A DNA stretch of 64,000 bases from Solirubrobacterales bacterium (GTDB lineage Bacteria > Actinomycetota > Thermoleophilia > Solirubrobacterales > 70-9), in NCBI GenBank assembly GCA_044867645.1, contig JBIOVI010000063.1:329-64328 (forward strand), written 5' to 3'. The notes beneath the pieces were generated by a model. The model was not told where the DNA came from. It saw only the letters and a program-made list of their open reading frames with translations, and made no database searches. The position numbers were made by a program, and so were the translations under genes. How positions within the stretch are numbered: position 1 is the first letter of the stretch; every line of letters starts with the position of its first letter. Positions 53,881-63,722 of the stretch are shown here, one piece after another.

Positions 53881-54963
53881 ATGCGGATCGTCTACGTGAT
53901 CGGAACCCGGCCGAACTTCGTCAAGACGGCTCCTGTGATCGCGGCACTGCGCGCCCGTCTCCCTGATGGGCGCCACACGATCGTCCACACTGGCCAGCAC
54001 TACGACCGGCTGATGTCGGAGGTCTTTTTCGAGGAGCTCGGCGTGCCCGCACCAGACCACATGCTCGAGGTTGGCTCCGGTAGCCACGCCGAACAGACCG
54101 CGCGCACGATGGAGCGCCTGGAGCCGGTCCTCGACGCCGAACAACCCGACCTCGTGATGGTCCCTGGCGACGTCAACTCGACCCTCGCCGCGGTCCTGAC
54201 CGCGGTCAAGATGCACATCCCGGTCGCCCACATCGAGTCTGGACTGCGCAGCTTCGACCGCGCCATGCCCGAGGAGATCAACCGGATCGTCGCCGACGAG
54301 TTCTCCGAGTACCTCTTCCTGCACAGCGACGAGGCGATCGAGAACCTGCGCGCGGAGGGTATCGCCGACGAGCGCATGCACTTCGTCGGCAACACGATGA
54401 TCGACACCCTGGTGGCACTAGAGGGGCGGATCCGCGAGGCGGAGTCCGCGTCGACGCTCGGCGTCGAGCCGGGCCAGTACATGCTCGTCACCTTGCACCG
54501 CCCGGCCCTCGTCGACGGCGAGCTGCTGCCGGAGACGGTGAAGCAACTCGGTGCGCTCGCAAGGGAGATGCCGGTCGTTTTCCCGGTCCACCCGCGGACC
54601 CGGAAGAAGATGGAGGAGATCTCCTCCGACCACCCGGGCCTGCTGCTCTCCGAGCCCCTCGGCTACGTCGACTTCCTCTCGCTGATCGCCGACGCCGGCG
54701 CCGTCCTCACCGACTCCGGCGGGATCCAGGAGGAGACGAGCTATCTGGGTATCCCCTGCTTCACCTTGCGCGACAACACCGAGCGGCCGGTAACGATCCG
54801 CGCCGGCACCAACACCCTGCTCGGCCTAGACCCCGCCGCGATCGCCACCATCCCAGAAGCTCTAGGCAAGCGCCCAGCGCAACGCCCCGAGCCCCCTCCT
54901 CTGTGGGACGGCCACGCAGCAGAGAGGATCGCCGACGCGCTTGAGGAGGGACTCCCCCGGTAG
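53881..54963 (+). CDS. wecB: UDP-N-acetylglucosamine 2-epimerase (non-hydrolysing)
   Basis: [16 protein letters not shown] and DSGGIQEE motifs. Confidence 0.9.
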   Translation: MRIVYVIGTRPNFVKTAPVIAALRARLPDGRHTIVHTGQHYDRLMSEVFFEELGVPAPDHMLEVGSGSHAEQTARTMERLEPVLDAEQPDLVMVPGDVNSTLAAVLTAVKMHIPVAHIESGLRSFDRAMPEEINRIVADEFSEYLFLHSDEAIENLRAEGIADERMHFVGNTMIDTLVALEGRIREAESASTLGVEPGQYMLVTLHRPALVDGELLPETVKQLGALAREMPVVFPVHPRTRKKMEEISSDHPGLLLSEPLGYVDFLSLIADAGAVLTDSGGIQEETSYLGIPCFTLRDNTERPVTIRAGTNTLLGLDPAAIATIPEALGKRPAQRPEPPPLWDGHAAERIADALEEGLPR

Positions 54964-55060
54964 GGGTGAAACGTCTTGTACTTTTTCGGTGTCGGCAACG
55001 GGGGTCAGCCTGACCACGATCCACCGAAAAAGTTAAGTGGAACCCCTGCCGGGGGAGTCC
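54949..55060. repeat. AT-rich palindromic intergenic element, copy 2, embedded in a ~112-nt nested inverted repeat
   Basis: Nested arms are GGACTCCCCCGG/CCGGGGGAGTCC, AGGGGT/ACCCCT and ACTTTTTCGGTG/CACCGAAAAAGT. Abuts the wecB and infC stop codons. Confidence 0.75.
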
Positions 55061-55061
55061 C

Positions 55062-55652
55062 CTATTCCTCGCCCTTCGTCTCCTCTTTGCTCGAAGACGC
55101 CGCCGCCTCTTTGCTGGGGGCCAGCATCATGCTCATGTTGCGCCCTTCCTGAAGCGGCTCGGACTCGATCACCGCAAGTCCGTCGAGATCCTCGAAGAGG
55201 CGCTGTAACAGGTTCCTGCCGCGCTCTGGATGGGCCTGCTCGCGGCCGCGGAACATGATCGTGATCTTGACCTTGTTCTGGTGGCGCAGGAAGCGCTCGA
55301 CGTGGCCCTTCTTCGTCTCGTAGTCGTGGTCGGCGATCTTCGGCCGCAGCTTGATCTCGCGCACGTTGACCTGCTGCTGGTGCTTGCGGGCGGCCTTCTG
55401 CTTCTGCTCCTGCTCGTACTTGTACTTCGAGTAGTCGAGCAGGCGGGTGACCGGCGGTTTCGAGCCGGGCGCCACCTCGACCAAGTCGAGGTCGGCCTCC
55501 TGGGCGCGCTTCAGCGCCTCGGGCGTGTCGAGGATGCCGAGCTGCTCGCCGTCGGCGCCGATCAGGCGCACTTTGGGGACACGGATGCGCTCGTTGATGC
55601 GCGTCGTGTCGCGCTCCGGCGGCCGGCGATCGAACCTGCGCGGGACAGGCAC
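55062..55652 (-). CDS. infC: translation initiation factor IF-3
   Basis: [22 protein letters not shown] and a canonical C-terminal domain. Start codon uncertain. Confidence 0.95.
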   Translation of the reverse strand: MPVPRRFDRRPPERDTTRINERIRVPKVRLIGADGEQLGILDTPEALKRAQEADLDLVEVAPGSKPPVTRLLDYSKYKYEQEQKQKAARKHQQQVNVREIKLRPKIADHDYETKKGHVERFLRHQNKVKITIMFRGREQAHPERGRNLLQRLFEDLDGLAVIESEPLQEGRNMSMMLAPSKEAAASSSKEETKGEE

Positions 55653-55794
55653 TATCTAGAGGAGAGGTGGAGCTTCAAGAGGACGAGGGGTGCGGAAGCG
55701 GGCACGGGACGCTCAGCGGCGCTCTGTGTTTGGCATGCCTGCGAACAAGTGGCCGAAGTATAGGCACAGGACCGATCTAGGGCTCGGCGGCACC

Positions 55795-57729
55795 TCAGGC
55801 GGACTTTTCCTCACGGTGGACCAGATCGGCGAAGTCGGCGATGGCCATCGCCCCCAACTCGCCCTCCGCATGGGAGCGCACAGCCACCTCGCCGCTCTCT
55901 TCCTCGCGATCCCCGATCACCACCATGTAGGGGTTGCGGCTCAGTTCGGCGTCGCGGATCTTCTTGCCGATCGACTCGGAGCGGCGATCGATCTCGACCC
56001 TTACCCCGAGGTCGCGCAGCTTGGTGGCGACCCCGTCCCCAGCCTCGACGTGGCGGTCGGAGATCGGCAGCACTGTCGCCTGCACCGGCGCCAGCCAGAC
56101 GGGAAAGCGGCCGCCGTAGTGCTCGATCAGTATCCCGGCGAAGCGCTCCATCGAGCCGAGCAGGGCGCGGTGGATCATCACAGGACGGCGCGGCTCATCG
56201 TTCTGGTCGGTGTAGGAGAGATCGAAGCGCTCCGGCATGAAGAAGTCCACCTGGCAGGTGCCGCACTGCCAGGAGCGGCCGAGCGCGTCGGTGATGTGGA
56301 AGTCGATCTTGGGTCCGTAGAAAGCGCCGTCGCCGGGATTCAACGTGTAGTCGCGGCTTTGGCTCTCCAGCGCACTGCGCAGCGCCTCCTCGGCCTGGGC
56401 CCACTCCTCGTCCGAGCCGATCGATTTCTCCGGCCGGGTCGAGAGCTCGATGTGGACGTCCTCGAAGCCGAAGCGCGCGTAGAGCTCGTCGATCGCCTCG
56501 CAGATGCCGGTCACCTCGTCGACTGCCTGCTCCGGAGTGCAGTAGATGTGGGCGTCGTCCTGGGTAAAAGCACGCACTCGCAGCAGGCCGTGCAGAACGC
56601 CCTCGCGCTCGGCGCGGGAGACCTGGCCGAACTCGGCGATCCGCAGCGGCAGCTCGCGATAGGAGTGGCGCTCGGAGTCGAAGACCAGGCAGGCGCCGGG
56701 GCAGTTCATCGGCCGGATCGCGTACTGGCGCTCCTTGGACTCGGTGAAGTACATGTTCTCTTGGTAGTTGTCCCAGTGACCGGAGCGATGCCAGAGGTCG
56801 ACGTCCATCAAATGCGGCGTCTTGATCTCGACGTACTCGCGCTTGCGCAGTTGCTTGTGCACCTCGGCCTCGATCAGGCGCAGCAGCGTCGTGCCATGGG
56901 AGAGCCAGAAGGGCATTCCGGGGGCCTCCCTGCGGAACATGAACAGCCCCAGCTGGGGGCCCAGGCGGCGGTGGTCGCGTGCCTTTGCCTCCTCGATTAG
57001 CTCCAGGTGGCTGTCCAGATCCTTCTTCGAGAAGAAGGCGGTGCCGTAGATCCTGGTCAGCATCTGGCGGTCCTCCTGGCCGCGCCAATAGGCGCCGGCC
57101 ACCGAGCTCAGCTTGATCGCCTTGATCCGCCCGGTCGACGGGCCGTGGGGACCACGGCAGAGATCCTCGAAGGGACCGTTGCGGTAGAGGGACACCGTCT
57201 CCACCCCTTCGTCGCGGACCAGATCCTCGATCAGCTCGACCTTGTAGTCCTGATCCTGGGCGCGGAAGATCTCGATCGCCTCCGCGGTCGGGACGTCGCG
57301 CCGCTCGAAGGCCTCGTCGGCCTTGATGTGCTCGAGCATCGCCGCCTCGATCCTCTCGAGATCCTCCTCGTTGACCTTGACGTCCGCCGGAAACTCGAAG
57401 TCGTAATAGAAGCCCTGTTCGATCGGCGGGCCGATCGTCACCTTCGTCCCCGGGTACAGCTCCATCACGGCCTCGGCCATGACGTGGGCGGCGTCGTGGC
57501 GGATCAGCTCCAGCGCCTCGGGATCGCGGTCGGTGAGGATCGCGATCTCGGCCCCGTCGGGCAGCGCCGCGCCGAGGTCGCGCAGCTCGCCGTCGACGCG
57601 GATCGCCAGCGCCGCCTTGGCCAAGCCCGGGCCGATCGCCGCGGCGGCGTCGGCGCCGCTGGCCCCGTCGGGCAGCTCCAACGCGGTCCCGTCGGGCAGC
57701 TTCAGCGTGATCTTGGTTGCGGCCTCCAT
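55795..57729 (-). CDS. thrS: threonine--tRNA ligase
   Basis: TGS domain, editing domain, class II core (HRALLGSMERF) and anticodon-binding domain. Alternative starts at 57738 and 57780. Confidence 0.95.
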   Translation of the reverse strand: MEAATKITLKLPDGTALELPDGASGADAAAAIGPGLAKAALAIRVDGELRDLGAALPDGAEIAILTDRDPEALELIRHDAAHVMAEAVMELYPGTKVTIGPPIEQGFYYDFEFPADVKVNEEDLERIEAAMLEHIKADEAFERRDVPTAEAIEIFRAQDQDYKVELIEDLVRDEGVETVSLYRNGPFEDLCRGPHGPSTGRIKAIKLSSVAGAYWRGQEDRQMLTRIYGTAFFSKKDLDSHLELIEEAKARDHRRLGPQLGLFMFRREAPGMPFWLSHGTTLLRLIEAEVHKQLRKREYVEIKTPHLMDVDLWHRSGHWDNYQENMYFTESKERQYAIRPMNCPGACLVFDSERHSYRELPLRIAEFGQVSRAEREGVLHGLLRVRAFTQDDAHIYCTPEQAVDEVTGICEAIDELYARFGFEDVHIELSTRPEKSIGSDEEWAQAEEALRSALESQSRDYTLNPGDGAFYGPKIDFHITDALGRSWQCGTCQVDFFMPERFDLSYTDQNDEPRRPVMIHRALLGSMERFAGILIEHYGGRFPVWLAPVQATVLPISDRHVEAGDGVATKLRDLGVRVEIDRRSESIGKKIRDAELSRNPYMVVIGDREEESGEVAVRSHAEGELGAMAIADFADLVHREEKSA

Positions 57730-57802
57730 CGCCCCCATGCTACGTGGGGCGCCTCGCCCATGTTCGTTGCAGCATTGCACCCCTCATACGGGGCACAAAG
57801 CT

Positions 57803-59611
57803 TCATCCGCTGCCGGCGCGAGCCTGGCGTTCGGCGATCAGCGGACAGCGACTCGTACTCCGGATCGGCCCCACCGATTCCCAGAGCAGGTAGGGACCGG
57901 CCCGGCGGTTGAGGGTGAGATCGCGAAACGGCGCCCGCCGGTAAGCCTCGGGGGTGATCACGAAGCGGATTCCGGGCGGCGCCATGCCACCCGCGTCGCT
58001 CCCCGCCTCGATGCAGACGCGCCCCCCGCGCAGCTCCCAGGCGATGTAGCGCTCGCCATGTTCCTCGCTGAGCAGCGAGTCGGGTGCCAGCACCAGAGTC
58101 GGGCCCTCGGCGAGCACGGGGCGCAGCCCGGTCAGGGCCGGCGAGTAAGACGTCGGGCCGACCGGCGCGTTGGCGAAGGCGAGCAACGAGCAGGCGCCGG
58201 CGGCGAGCAGATAGACGAGTAGCGCCAGGCCCGCGGGTCCTGTCGGCGCAGGGGACCCACCCCCTGCGGTAGCTAACGCTTCCTCGGGGGTGGTCCCCCC
58301 TACCCCGCCACCCACGGGAGAGACGTATGCATCGGCTCGCCGGGGCAGCAAGATGGCGAGGGTCAGGAGGGGCGCGGCGATCTCAAGGGCCTTGGCTGAC
58401 GTGTATGGCGTGCCGCCGAGGCGGGCCGCGACGTAGAGCGCCGCGACGGCGGCAAGGCCGGCGAGGATCGCTCGCTCGCGACCGAGCCAGGCGCGTCCGA
58501 TCCCGAGCAGCAGCAGAGCGGTCGCGAACACGGCACCGAGGTAATAGGCGAAGGCGGGAACCGCACCGTCCCCCGGCGCCAGGCGGAAGTCGCCCGAAGG
58601 CCAGATTCCCAACGCAGCGAAGGGCGAGATCTGGCCGAAGAGATTCCCCAGCCCCGGGCCGCTGGGATCGAAGGTCTCGAAGCTGTGGAAGTCGATCATC
58701 CGGCCCAGCTCGGGCAAGGCGCCTACCAGGAAGACGGCCAGACCGAGCAGCAGCGGCCGGACCGGCAAGGAGCGCTCGAAGGCCAGCCAGGCGAGCAGGA
58801 TTGCCACCATCCAGATCAAGCCGGGGAAGCTGTAGGCGTAGACAGAGCCGATCGCCAACAGCGCCGCTGGGACAAAGCGCAGTGGAAGGTCGCGCCAGGA
58901 CCGGATGCTCTCGCGCAGGGCCAGGACGAAGCCAAGGACGAACAGGGCCTGGATCGTCTCCTTGAAAGCGCCCTGGGCGTAGTAGGAGGCAACCAGATAG
59001 GGGAGGCCGACCAGGAGGGCCGCAGCGGTGCGGCGGTGCGGCGGCCGATCGGAGAAGGCGGTCAGAGCAGTCAGCGGGGCTAGAACCGCGACGGCGAGAG
59101 TGAGACCGCTGAACCCCTGGACCAAGCCGATGCCCAGGCCCTTGTTCAGGGCGACGACTACCGCGTGCGGGCCGAGTGGATATCCCTGGTTGAGGAGCTG
59201 CGATCCGACGCCGTCCGCCAGGTGGTCGGTCGCCAGGAGATGTTGCGACATGTCGGGGTTGAAGCCCGTGCCAAGGATGCCGAAGTGGCCTTCGGCGACG
59301 AACGGGAGCGAGGCCGCGATCGTTCCTGCAACAGCGACCGGCAACCCTGCCCGCAGCGCCTCTCCCCCGGCTTCGATCCGGCCGTGCAGATAGATCGCCG
59401 CGGCAATCGTCAGCGCCAGAACCGCAACCGCCGAGACCGTCCCGTCCCCCGGCATGCGCACGGTTCCCCAACAGACCGCGCAGAGCAGAGCCAACCCCAC
59501 GGCCGGCGAGAGCCAGGACCAGCCTCGTGGGCCACAGAGTGAGATCGCCGCCTGCCCAATCGTCAGCGAGGCGGTGCAAACGGCGAGTGCGGCTGCATAG
59601 GTCCCGATCAC
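57803..59611 (-). CDS. large polytopic membrane protein of unknown function
   Basis: 602 aa with more than 10 predicted TM helices and a soluble C-terminal domain. Glycosyltransferase-C-like architecture, but no motif recognised. Confidence 0.6.
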   Translation of the reverse strand: MIGTYAAALAVCTASLTIGQAAISLCGPRGWSWLSPAVGLALLCAVCWGTVRMPGDGTVSAVAVLALTIAAAIYLHGRIEAGGEALRAGLPVAVAGTIAASLPFVAEGHFGILGTGFNPDMSQHLLATDHLADGVGSQLLNQGYPLGPHAVVVALNKGLGIGLVQGFSGLTLAVAVLAPLTALTAFSDRPPHRRTAAALLVGLPYLVASYYAQGAFKETIQALFVLGFVLALRESIRSWRDLPLRFVPAALLAIGSVYAYSFPGLIWMVAILLAWLAFERSLPVRPLLLGLAVFLVGALPELGRMIDFHSFETFDPSGPGLGNLFGQISPFAALGIWPSGDFRLAPGDGAVPAFAYYLGAVFATALLLLGIGRAWLGRERAILAGLAAVAALYVAARLGGTPYTSAKALEIAAPLLTLAILLPRRADAYVSPVGGGVGGTTPEEALATAGGGSPAPTGPAGLALLVYLLAAGACSLLAFANAPVGPTSYSPALTGLRPVLAEGPTLVLAPDSLLSEEHGERYIAWELRGGRVCIEAGSDAGGMAPPGIRFVITPEAYRRAPFRDLTLNRRAGPYLLWESVGPIRSTSRCPLIAERQARAGSG

Positions 59612-59636
59612 AGGGCGGCGAGCCTATGCTGCGGAC

Positions 59637-60071
59637 ATGGCGTATGTCCCTCCCGCCCGTCATCTGCTTCGCGCCAAGGATCTCGCCGACGCCCGTTACT
59701 TCGAACCGCTGGGGGTCGAGGATCTCGCTCGTGCCGCCGGCCTTTCGCGCGCCCATTTCAGCCGCGAGTTCCGCCGCGCCTTCGGCGAGTCGCCGCACGC
59801 CTATTTGCTGACGCGCCGGCTAGAGCGCGCAGCAGCGTTGCTGCGCACGACCGACAACTCGGTCGCCGAGATCTGCCTCGCCGTCGGGCTGCAGAGCATC
59901 GGCTCCTTCACGACCAGCTTCTCCCGCACGTACGGCAAGTCGCCGACCGCGTACCGCGCCTCCTTCCCACCAGCCTCCGCCTTCGTCCGCGTCCCCGCCT
60001 GTGTCGTGCGCGCCTACTCACGTCCTCAAAACCGCACGTTTCGAGAAGACAGCACCAAAGCGCGCGCCTAG
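59637..60071 (+). CDS. AraC-family HTH transcriptional regulator (DNA-binding domain only)
   Basis: LARAAGLSRAHFSREFRRAFGESPHAYL and ICLAVGLQSIGSFTTSFSRTYGKSP. Confidence 0.85.
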   Translation: MAYVPPARHLLRAKDLADARYFEPLGVEDLARAAGLSRAHFSREFRRAFGESPHAYLLTRRLERAAALLRTTDNSVAEICLAVGLQSIGSFTTSFSRTYGKSPTAYRASFPPASAFVRVPACVVRAYSRPQNRTFREDSTKARA

Positions 60072-60110
60072 CATCGGCGACGAACTGTTCCGTCGAGTAA
60101 GGAGAACCCA

Positions 60111-60539
60111 ATGATCAAGATCGCAAACGCGCAGCTGTGGGTCCACGACCAGGACGAGGCGCTCGCCTTCTATACCGAGAAGGTCGGCATGGAGGTGCGG
60201 GCCGATGTGACCATGCCCGAGATGGGCGACTTCCGCTGGCTCACCGTGGGTCCGCCCGGCCAGGAAGACGTATCGATCACCCTGATGGCGATCCCCGGAC
60301 CGCCGGTGATGGACGCCGACACGGCCCAGCAGGTCCGCGACGTGATGGCAAAGGGGTTCGCCGGCACCGTGTTCCTCACCACCGACGACTGCCAGGCTTC
60401 ATACGAGGAGCTGAAGGGCCGGGGGGTCGAGTTCACCGAGACGCCCGAAGAGCGGCCCTACGGGATCGACTCCGGCTTCCGCGACCCCTCGGGCAACAGC
60501 ATCCGACTCACTCAGGTTCAGCTGCCGGCGACGGTCTGA
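60111..60539 (+). CDS. VOC (glyoxalase/bleomycin-resistance) family protein
   Basis: 142 aa. Paired beta-alpha-beta-beta-beta pattern, with FRDPSGNSIRL at the C-terminus. Confidence 0.8.
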   Translation: MIKIANAQLWVHDQDEALAFYTEKVGMEVRADVTMPEMGDFRWLTVGPPGQEDVSITLMAIPGPPVMDADTAQQVRDVMAKGFAGTVFLTTDDCQASYEELKGRGVEFTETPEERPYGIDSGFRDPSGNSIRLTQVQLPATV

Positions 60540-60969
60540 ACTCGCCGCCGCCGAGCTCCGGCGGCAGGACCCGCGGCCCCTCGGGATAGAGCTGACGCAG
60601 CTGCGTCGCACTCATCTCGAGGGTGTTCGCGCCCTCGGGAGGCGCGCCAGCCACGAGCCAGAGGGCATCGGCGTCGGTGTCGTTGAAGACCTGGCGCACG
60701 GTCGCGGGTGCGATTAGCAGCGCGTCGAGCGGTCCCAGCTCGAACGCCTCGTCCTCGATCCGGATTTTGCCCCGCCCCTCGAGCAGGACGTAGAGCTCCT
60801 CCTCGCCCTGGTGCCGGTGCTTGGTAGACGCCTGTCCGGGCCGCAGCCTCCACAGCCGCGCCGCGAGACTGCCCGCCTCCAGCTGCTTCGCCAGGTCCGT
60901 GTTGAGCACCCGCATCTGGTTCGACTCGCGCCAGTAGGCGTCATCGGCGCGCAGCAGGCGATGAGTCAT
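60508..60969 (-). CDS. cupin domain protein
   Basis: Cupin motifs KHRHQGEEELYVLLEG and the downstream His region. Confidence 0.75.
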   Translation of the reverse strand: MTHRLLRADDAYWRESNQMRVLNTDLAKQLEAGSLAARLWRLRPGQASTKHRHQGEEELYVLLEGRGKIRIEDEAFELGPLDALLIAPATVRQVFNDTDADALWLVAGAPPEGANTLEMSATQLRQLYPEGPRVLPPELGGGEFRPSPAAEPE

Positions 60970-60993
60970 CGAGGCTCCCTCGGGATCGTGGAG

Positions 60994-61066
60994 TGGGCAC
61001 AGCTGGGCTCGAACCAGCGACCTCCGCCTTGTCGAGGCGGCGCTCTCCCAACTGAGCTATGCGCCC
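60994..61066 (-). tRNA. tRNA-Val (anticodon GAC)
   Basis: Folded by hand. GGGCGCA acceptor (one G-U pair), D arm GCTC-AGTTGGGA-GAGC, anticodon loop TCGACAA, T arm GCTGG-TTCGAGC-CCAGC. No encoded CCA. Confidence 0.85.
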
Positions 61067-61271
61067 CAGGGGATCTGAATTTAGCAGCGCGCCGCCGACG
61101 GCCGCAGCCTCTCAAGTCGCTCCTTGCAACAGCCGATGCAGCCTGTGCAACTTTCTCGCAGACGGCGTGTTTATGTATCAGTCGCCGCCGAGACCGGCGC
61201 GAAAACTTCAAAAAGCTTGAGGACCGACGAGCCAGCTAATTGACGCCTGGCGGTACGTCCTTCGGAAACAA

Positions 61272-61294
61272 GGGGCCCCTCACGGGGCCCTTTT
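61272..61294 (-). terminator. GC-rich palindromic hairpin 16 nt after the zwf stop (possibly bidirectional)
   Basis: GGGGCCCC-TCAC-GGGGCCC. TTTT follows on the plus strand and UUGUUU on the minus strand. Confidence 0.5.
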
Positions 61295-61309
61295 CCGTTC
61301 CCGGCGAGC

Positions 61310-62779
61310 CTAGACATGGCCGCTTGGCAAGTGCCAGTGGCGCGGCTCGATCAGGGCGTCGATCGACTCGGGTCCCCAAGAGCCCGGTTCGTAGGGTTTG
61401 AGCGGGGGCGGATCCTTGAGCAGGGGGTCCGAGACTTCCCAGAGGCGCTCGATCGCCTCGGAGGTCGTGAAGAAGGTGCGGTGGCCGACCAAGACGTCGT
61501 GGATGAGGCGCTCGTAGGCGTCGAGCGCCTGCTCCGGGCCGCCGAAGCTGTCGTCGTAGCTGAAGCGCATATGCGCCTGTCCCAGTCGCATCGTCGGCCC
61601 CGGAACCTTGGCCAGGAACGAGGTTGAGATGCTGCCGGGGTCGCCGAGCTCGAAGGTCAGGTGGTCGCAGCCGAAGGCCTCCGCGAAGTGGTCGCAATCG
61701 AGTGGGAACATCCGTCGTGGCGGCTCGCTGAAGGCAACGGTGAGCAGGTGGCGGCTCTCGGCGAGGCGCTTCCCGGTTCGAAGATAAAAGGGAACGCCCA
61801 CCCAGCGCCAGTTGTCGATGAAGACACGCAGCGCCGCGAACGTCTCGGTGTCGGATTCGGTCGCGACGCCCTCTTCTTCGCGGTAGCCGGCGTACTGGCC
61901 GCGGATCGCATCGCCGGGAGCGAGAGGGAGCATCGCGTCGAAGACCTTCTGCCGCTCCGTCGCTATCGACTTCGCGCTCAACGACGTCGGCGGCTCCATT
62001 GCAACGAAGCCCAGCAACTGGAATAGGTGCGTGACGATCATGTCCCGGAAGGCCCCCGTCTGCTCGTAGAAACTCGCCCGCATACCGATCGAGAGCGTCT
62101 CCGGAACGTCGATCTGGACGTGGTCGACGTGGTTGCGGTTCCAAACAGGCTCAAACATGCCGTTCGCGAACCGCACCGCGAGCAGATTCTGAACCGCCTC
62201 TCGCCCGAGGTAGTGGTCGATGCGAAAGATCTGCTGCTCGTCGAAGACGGAGTGCAGGCGAGCGTCCAGCTCGCGGGCGGAGACGAGGTCGGTGCCGAAC
62301 GGCTTCTCGAGGATGATCTTGGCCCCCTCGCCCAGTCCCAACGCCCCAAGCGCGTCGATGACTTCCGCATGGGCGCTCGGGGGCAGCGACAGGTAGTGCA
62401 ACAGCCGGGGATCGCCGCCTAGCTCTCTCCTCGCCCGCGCCACTTCCTCTCTCAGAGCATCGAACCCCTCGCTGACAGGAGCGAACCTGAGCGAAGCGGC
62501 GAAGCGCTCCCATGCTTCAGCCGATGACGGCTTGCGATCCGATTCGACTATCGCCTCACGCGCCAGGCCGACGAACTCCTCGTCGTAGAGCTCGCTTCGC
62601 GAGGCGCCGACGATGACGAAGCGCGGCGGCATCAGTCCCGCCTCCATCAACCGAAACATGCCGGGCAGGAGCTTTCGCCTAGCCAGATCGCCCGTCGCCC
62701 CGAAAAGCACGATCACATGGTTTTCGGGGATCGTGGGCGCCGGAGCCAGGACCGGCGCGTCTGCCGTTTCGACAGCCAT
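61310..62779 (-). CDS. zwf: glucose-6-phosphate dehydrogenase
   Basis: LFGATGDLARRKL and the signature FRIDHYLGRE. Confidence 0.95.
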   Translation of the reverse strand: MAVETADAPVLAPAPTIPENHVIVLFGATGDLARRKLLPGMFRLMEAGLMPPRFVIVGASRSELYDEEFVGLAREAIVESDRKPSSAEAWERFAASLRFAPVSEGFDALREEVARARRELGGDPRLLHYLSLPPSAHAEVIDALGALGLGEGAKIILEKPFGTDLVSARELDARLHSVFDEQQIFRIDHYLGREAVQNLLAVRFANGMFEPVWNRNHVDHVQIDVPETLSIGMRASFYEQTGAFRDMIVTHLFQLLGFVAMEPPTSLSAKSIATERQKVFDAMLPLAPGDAIRGQYAGYREEEGVATESDTETFAALRVFIDNWRWVGVPFYLRTGKRLAESRHLLTVAFSEPPRRMFPLDCDHFAEAFGCDHLTFELGDPGSISTSFLAKVPGPTMRLGQAHMRFSYDDSFGGPEQALDAYERLIHDVLVGHRTFFTTSEAIERLWEVSDPLLKDPPPLKPYEPGSWGPESIDALIEPRHWHLPSGHV

Positions 62780-62821
62780 GACCTCAGCCTGACAGAGCCG
62801 GCAACCCGATCCCAGCCGGTA

Positions 62822-62843
62822 AGGCGCCTACCGGAACGAACGG
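62822..62843. repeat. degenerate direct copy of the tRNA-Cys 3' end (AGGCGCCTACCGGAA-CGAAC-GG)
   Basis: 15 nt are exact, and 7 more match after two 1-nt gaps, relative to 63863-63886. Confidence 0.75.
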
Positions 62844-62846
62844 GGA

Positions 62847-63362
62847 TCAGTCCGCGCTGTCGAGCGCGAGCCTTATGTCCTTGACCAAGAGCTGCAAGTT
62901 CATCGCATCGCTGGGCGAGGACTCGAAGCCGAAGTGCTTGTAGAAGGCCCGGGCATCGTCATCCAGGGCGTGCACGAGCAGGAGGCGCATGCCCGCCTGC
63001 TCGGCCACCGAGAGCGCGCGGCTCATCGCGTCTCTCAGGAGAAAGGCTCCGATCCCCTTACCCTGGACCACCTTGTCAACCGCCAATCGCGCCAGCAACA
63101 TGGCCGGGATCGGGTGCTGCGGCATGCCCTTGCGCCCCCGCTCGGTCGCATCGGCGTGCTCAATGGACGCAAGCGATAGCGCGTGATAGCCGACAACCCG
63201 ATCTTGCTCAGTGTCCACAACGACGTAGGTGCGGGCGGACCCTGCTCCTGCCGCTGCCCGAGCGTGCTTGATGAGCCAGATGTCCAGCGACCCCACCCCG
63301 CAATCGAATCCGTTGATCCGATGCTCGTTGCCGAGCGGCTGAGGGTCGAGGAAGCGCGGCAC
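62847..63362 (-). CDS. GNAT-family N-acetyltransferase toxin (TacT-like)
   Basis: 171 aa. Acetyl-CoA motif VVQGKGIGAFLL. Lies immediately downstream of a DUF1778-type gene. Confidence 0.75.
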   Translation of the reverse strand: MPRFLDPQPLGNEHRINGFDCGVGSLDIWLIKHARAAAGAGSARTYVVVDTEQDRVVGYHALSLASIEHADATERGRKGMPQHPIPAMLLARLAVDKVVQGKGIGAFLLRDAMSRALSVAEQAGMRLLLVHALDDDARAFYKHFGFESSPSDAMNLQLLVKDIRLALDSAD

Positions 63363-63367
63363 TCGGC

Positions 63368-63634
63368 CTATTCAGGGCGGGGGCGCGAGAAAAGCTTGGA
63401 GAGCTCGGGTCGAGCCTTTGCCGGCTGGTCCATCGCGGCGGCGATCTCCTGCCAGGCATCCGAATCGACGCTGAAGCTGGTTCGATCGGCGAGCAGGCGC
63501 TCGGCTCGCTCACGACCGCTCTCGACAAGAAACTGCGTCAGGGACTCCCGATGAACCAGCGCGGCCTGCTTGAAGAGAGCCTCGTCGTCCTTCTCAATAC
63601 GGAGATTGAGCCTTTGGGTCTTTGGAGCCGGCAT
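63368..63634 (-). CDS. DUF1778-family (RHH) antitoxin (TacA-like)
   Basis: 88 aa. The QRLNLRIEKDDEALFKQAALVHRESLTQFLVES pattern is typical of DUF1778. Confidence 0.75.
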   Translation of the reverse strand: MPAPKTQRLNLRIEKDDEALFKQAALVHRESLTQFLVESGRERAERLLADRTSFSVDSDAWQEIAAAMDQPAKARPELSKLFSRPRPE

Positions 63635-63722
63635 CTCTAAGACTGTACATACAACGTATGTCAGAAGTCAAACCGAGCCCTTGGATGCTTCTCTCGCAAA
63701 GTGCAGGGTCTTTGCTCCCGCA

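Noticed and set aside
55650-55658. An unusual infC start codon (ATA immediately upstream of the GTG at 55652), by analogy with the AUU start of E. coli infC.
   Set aside because: It cannot be distinguished from ordinary GTG initiation using the sequence alone.
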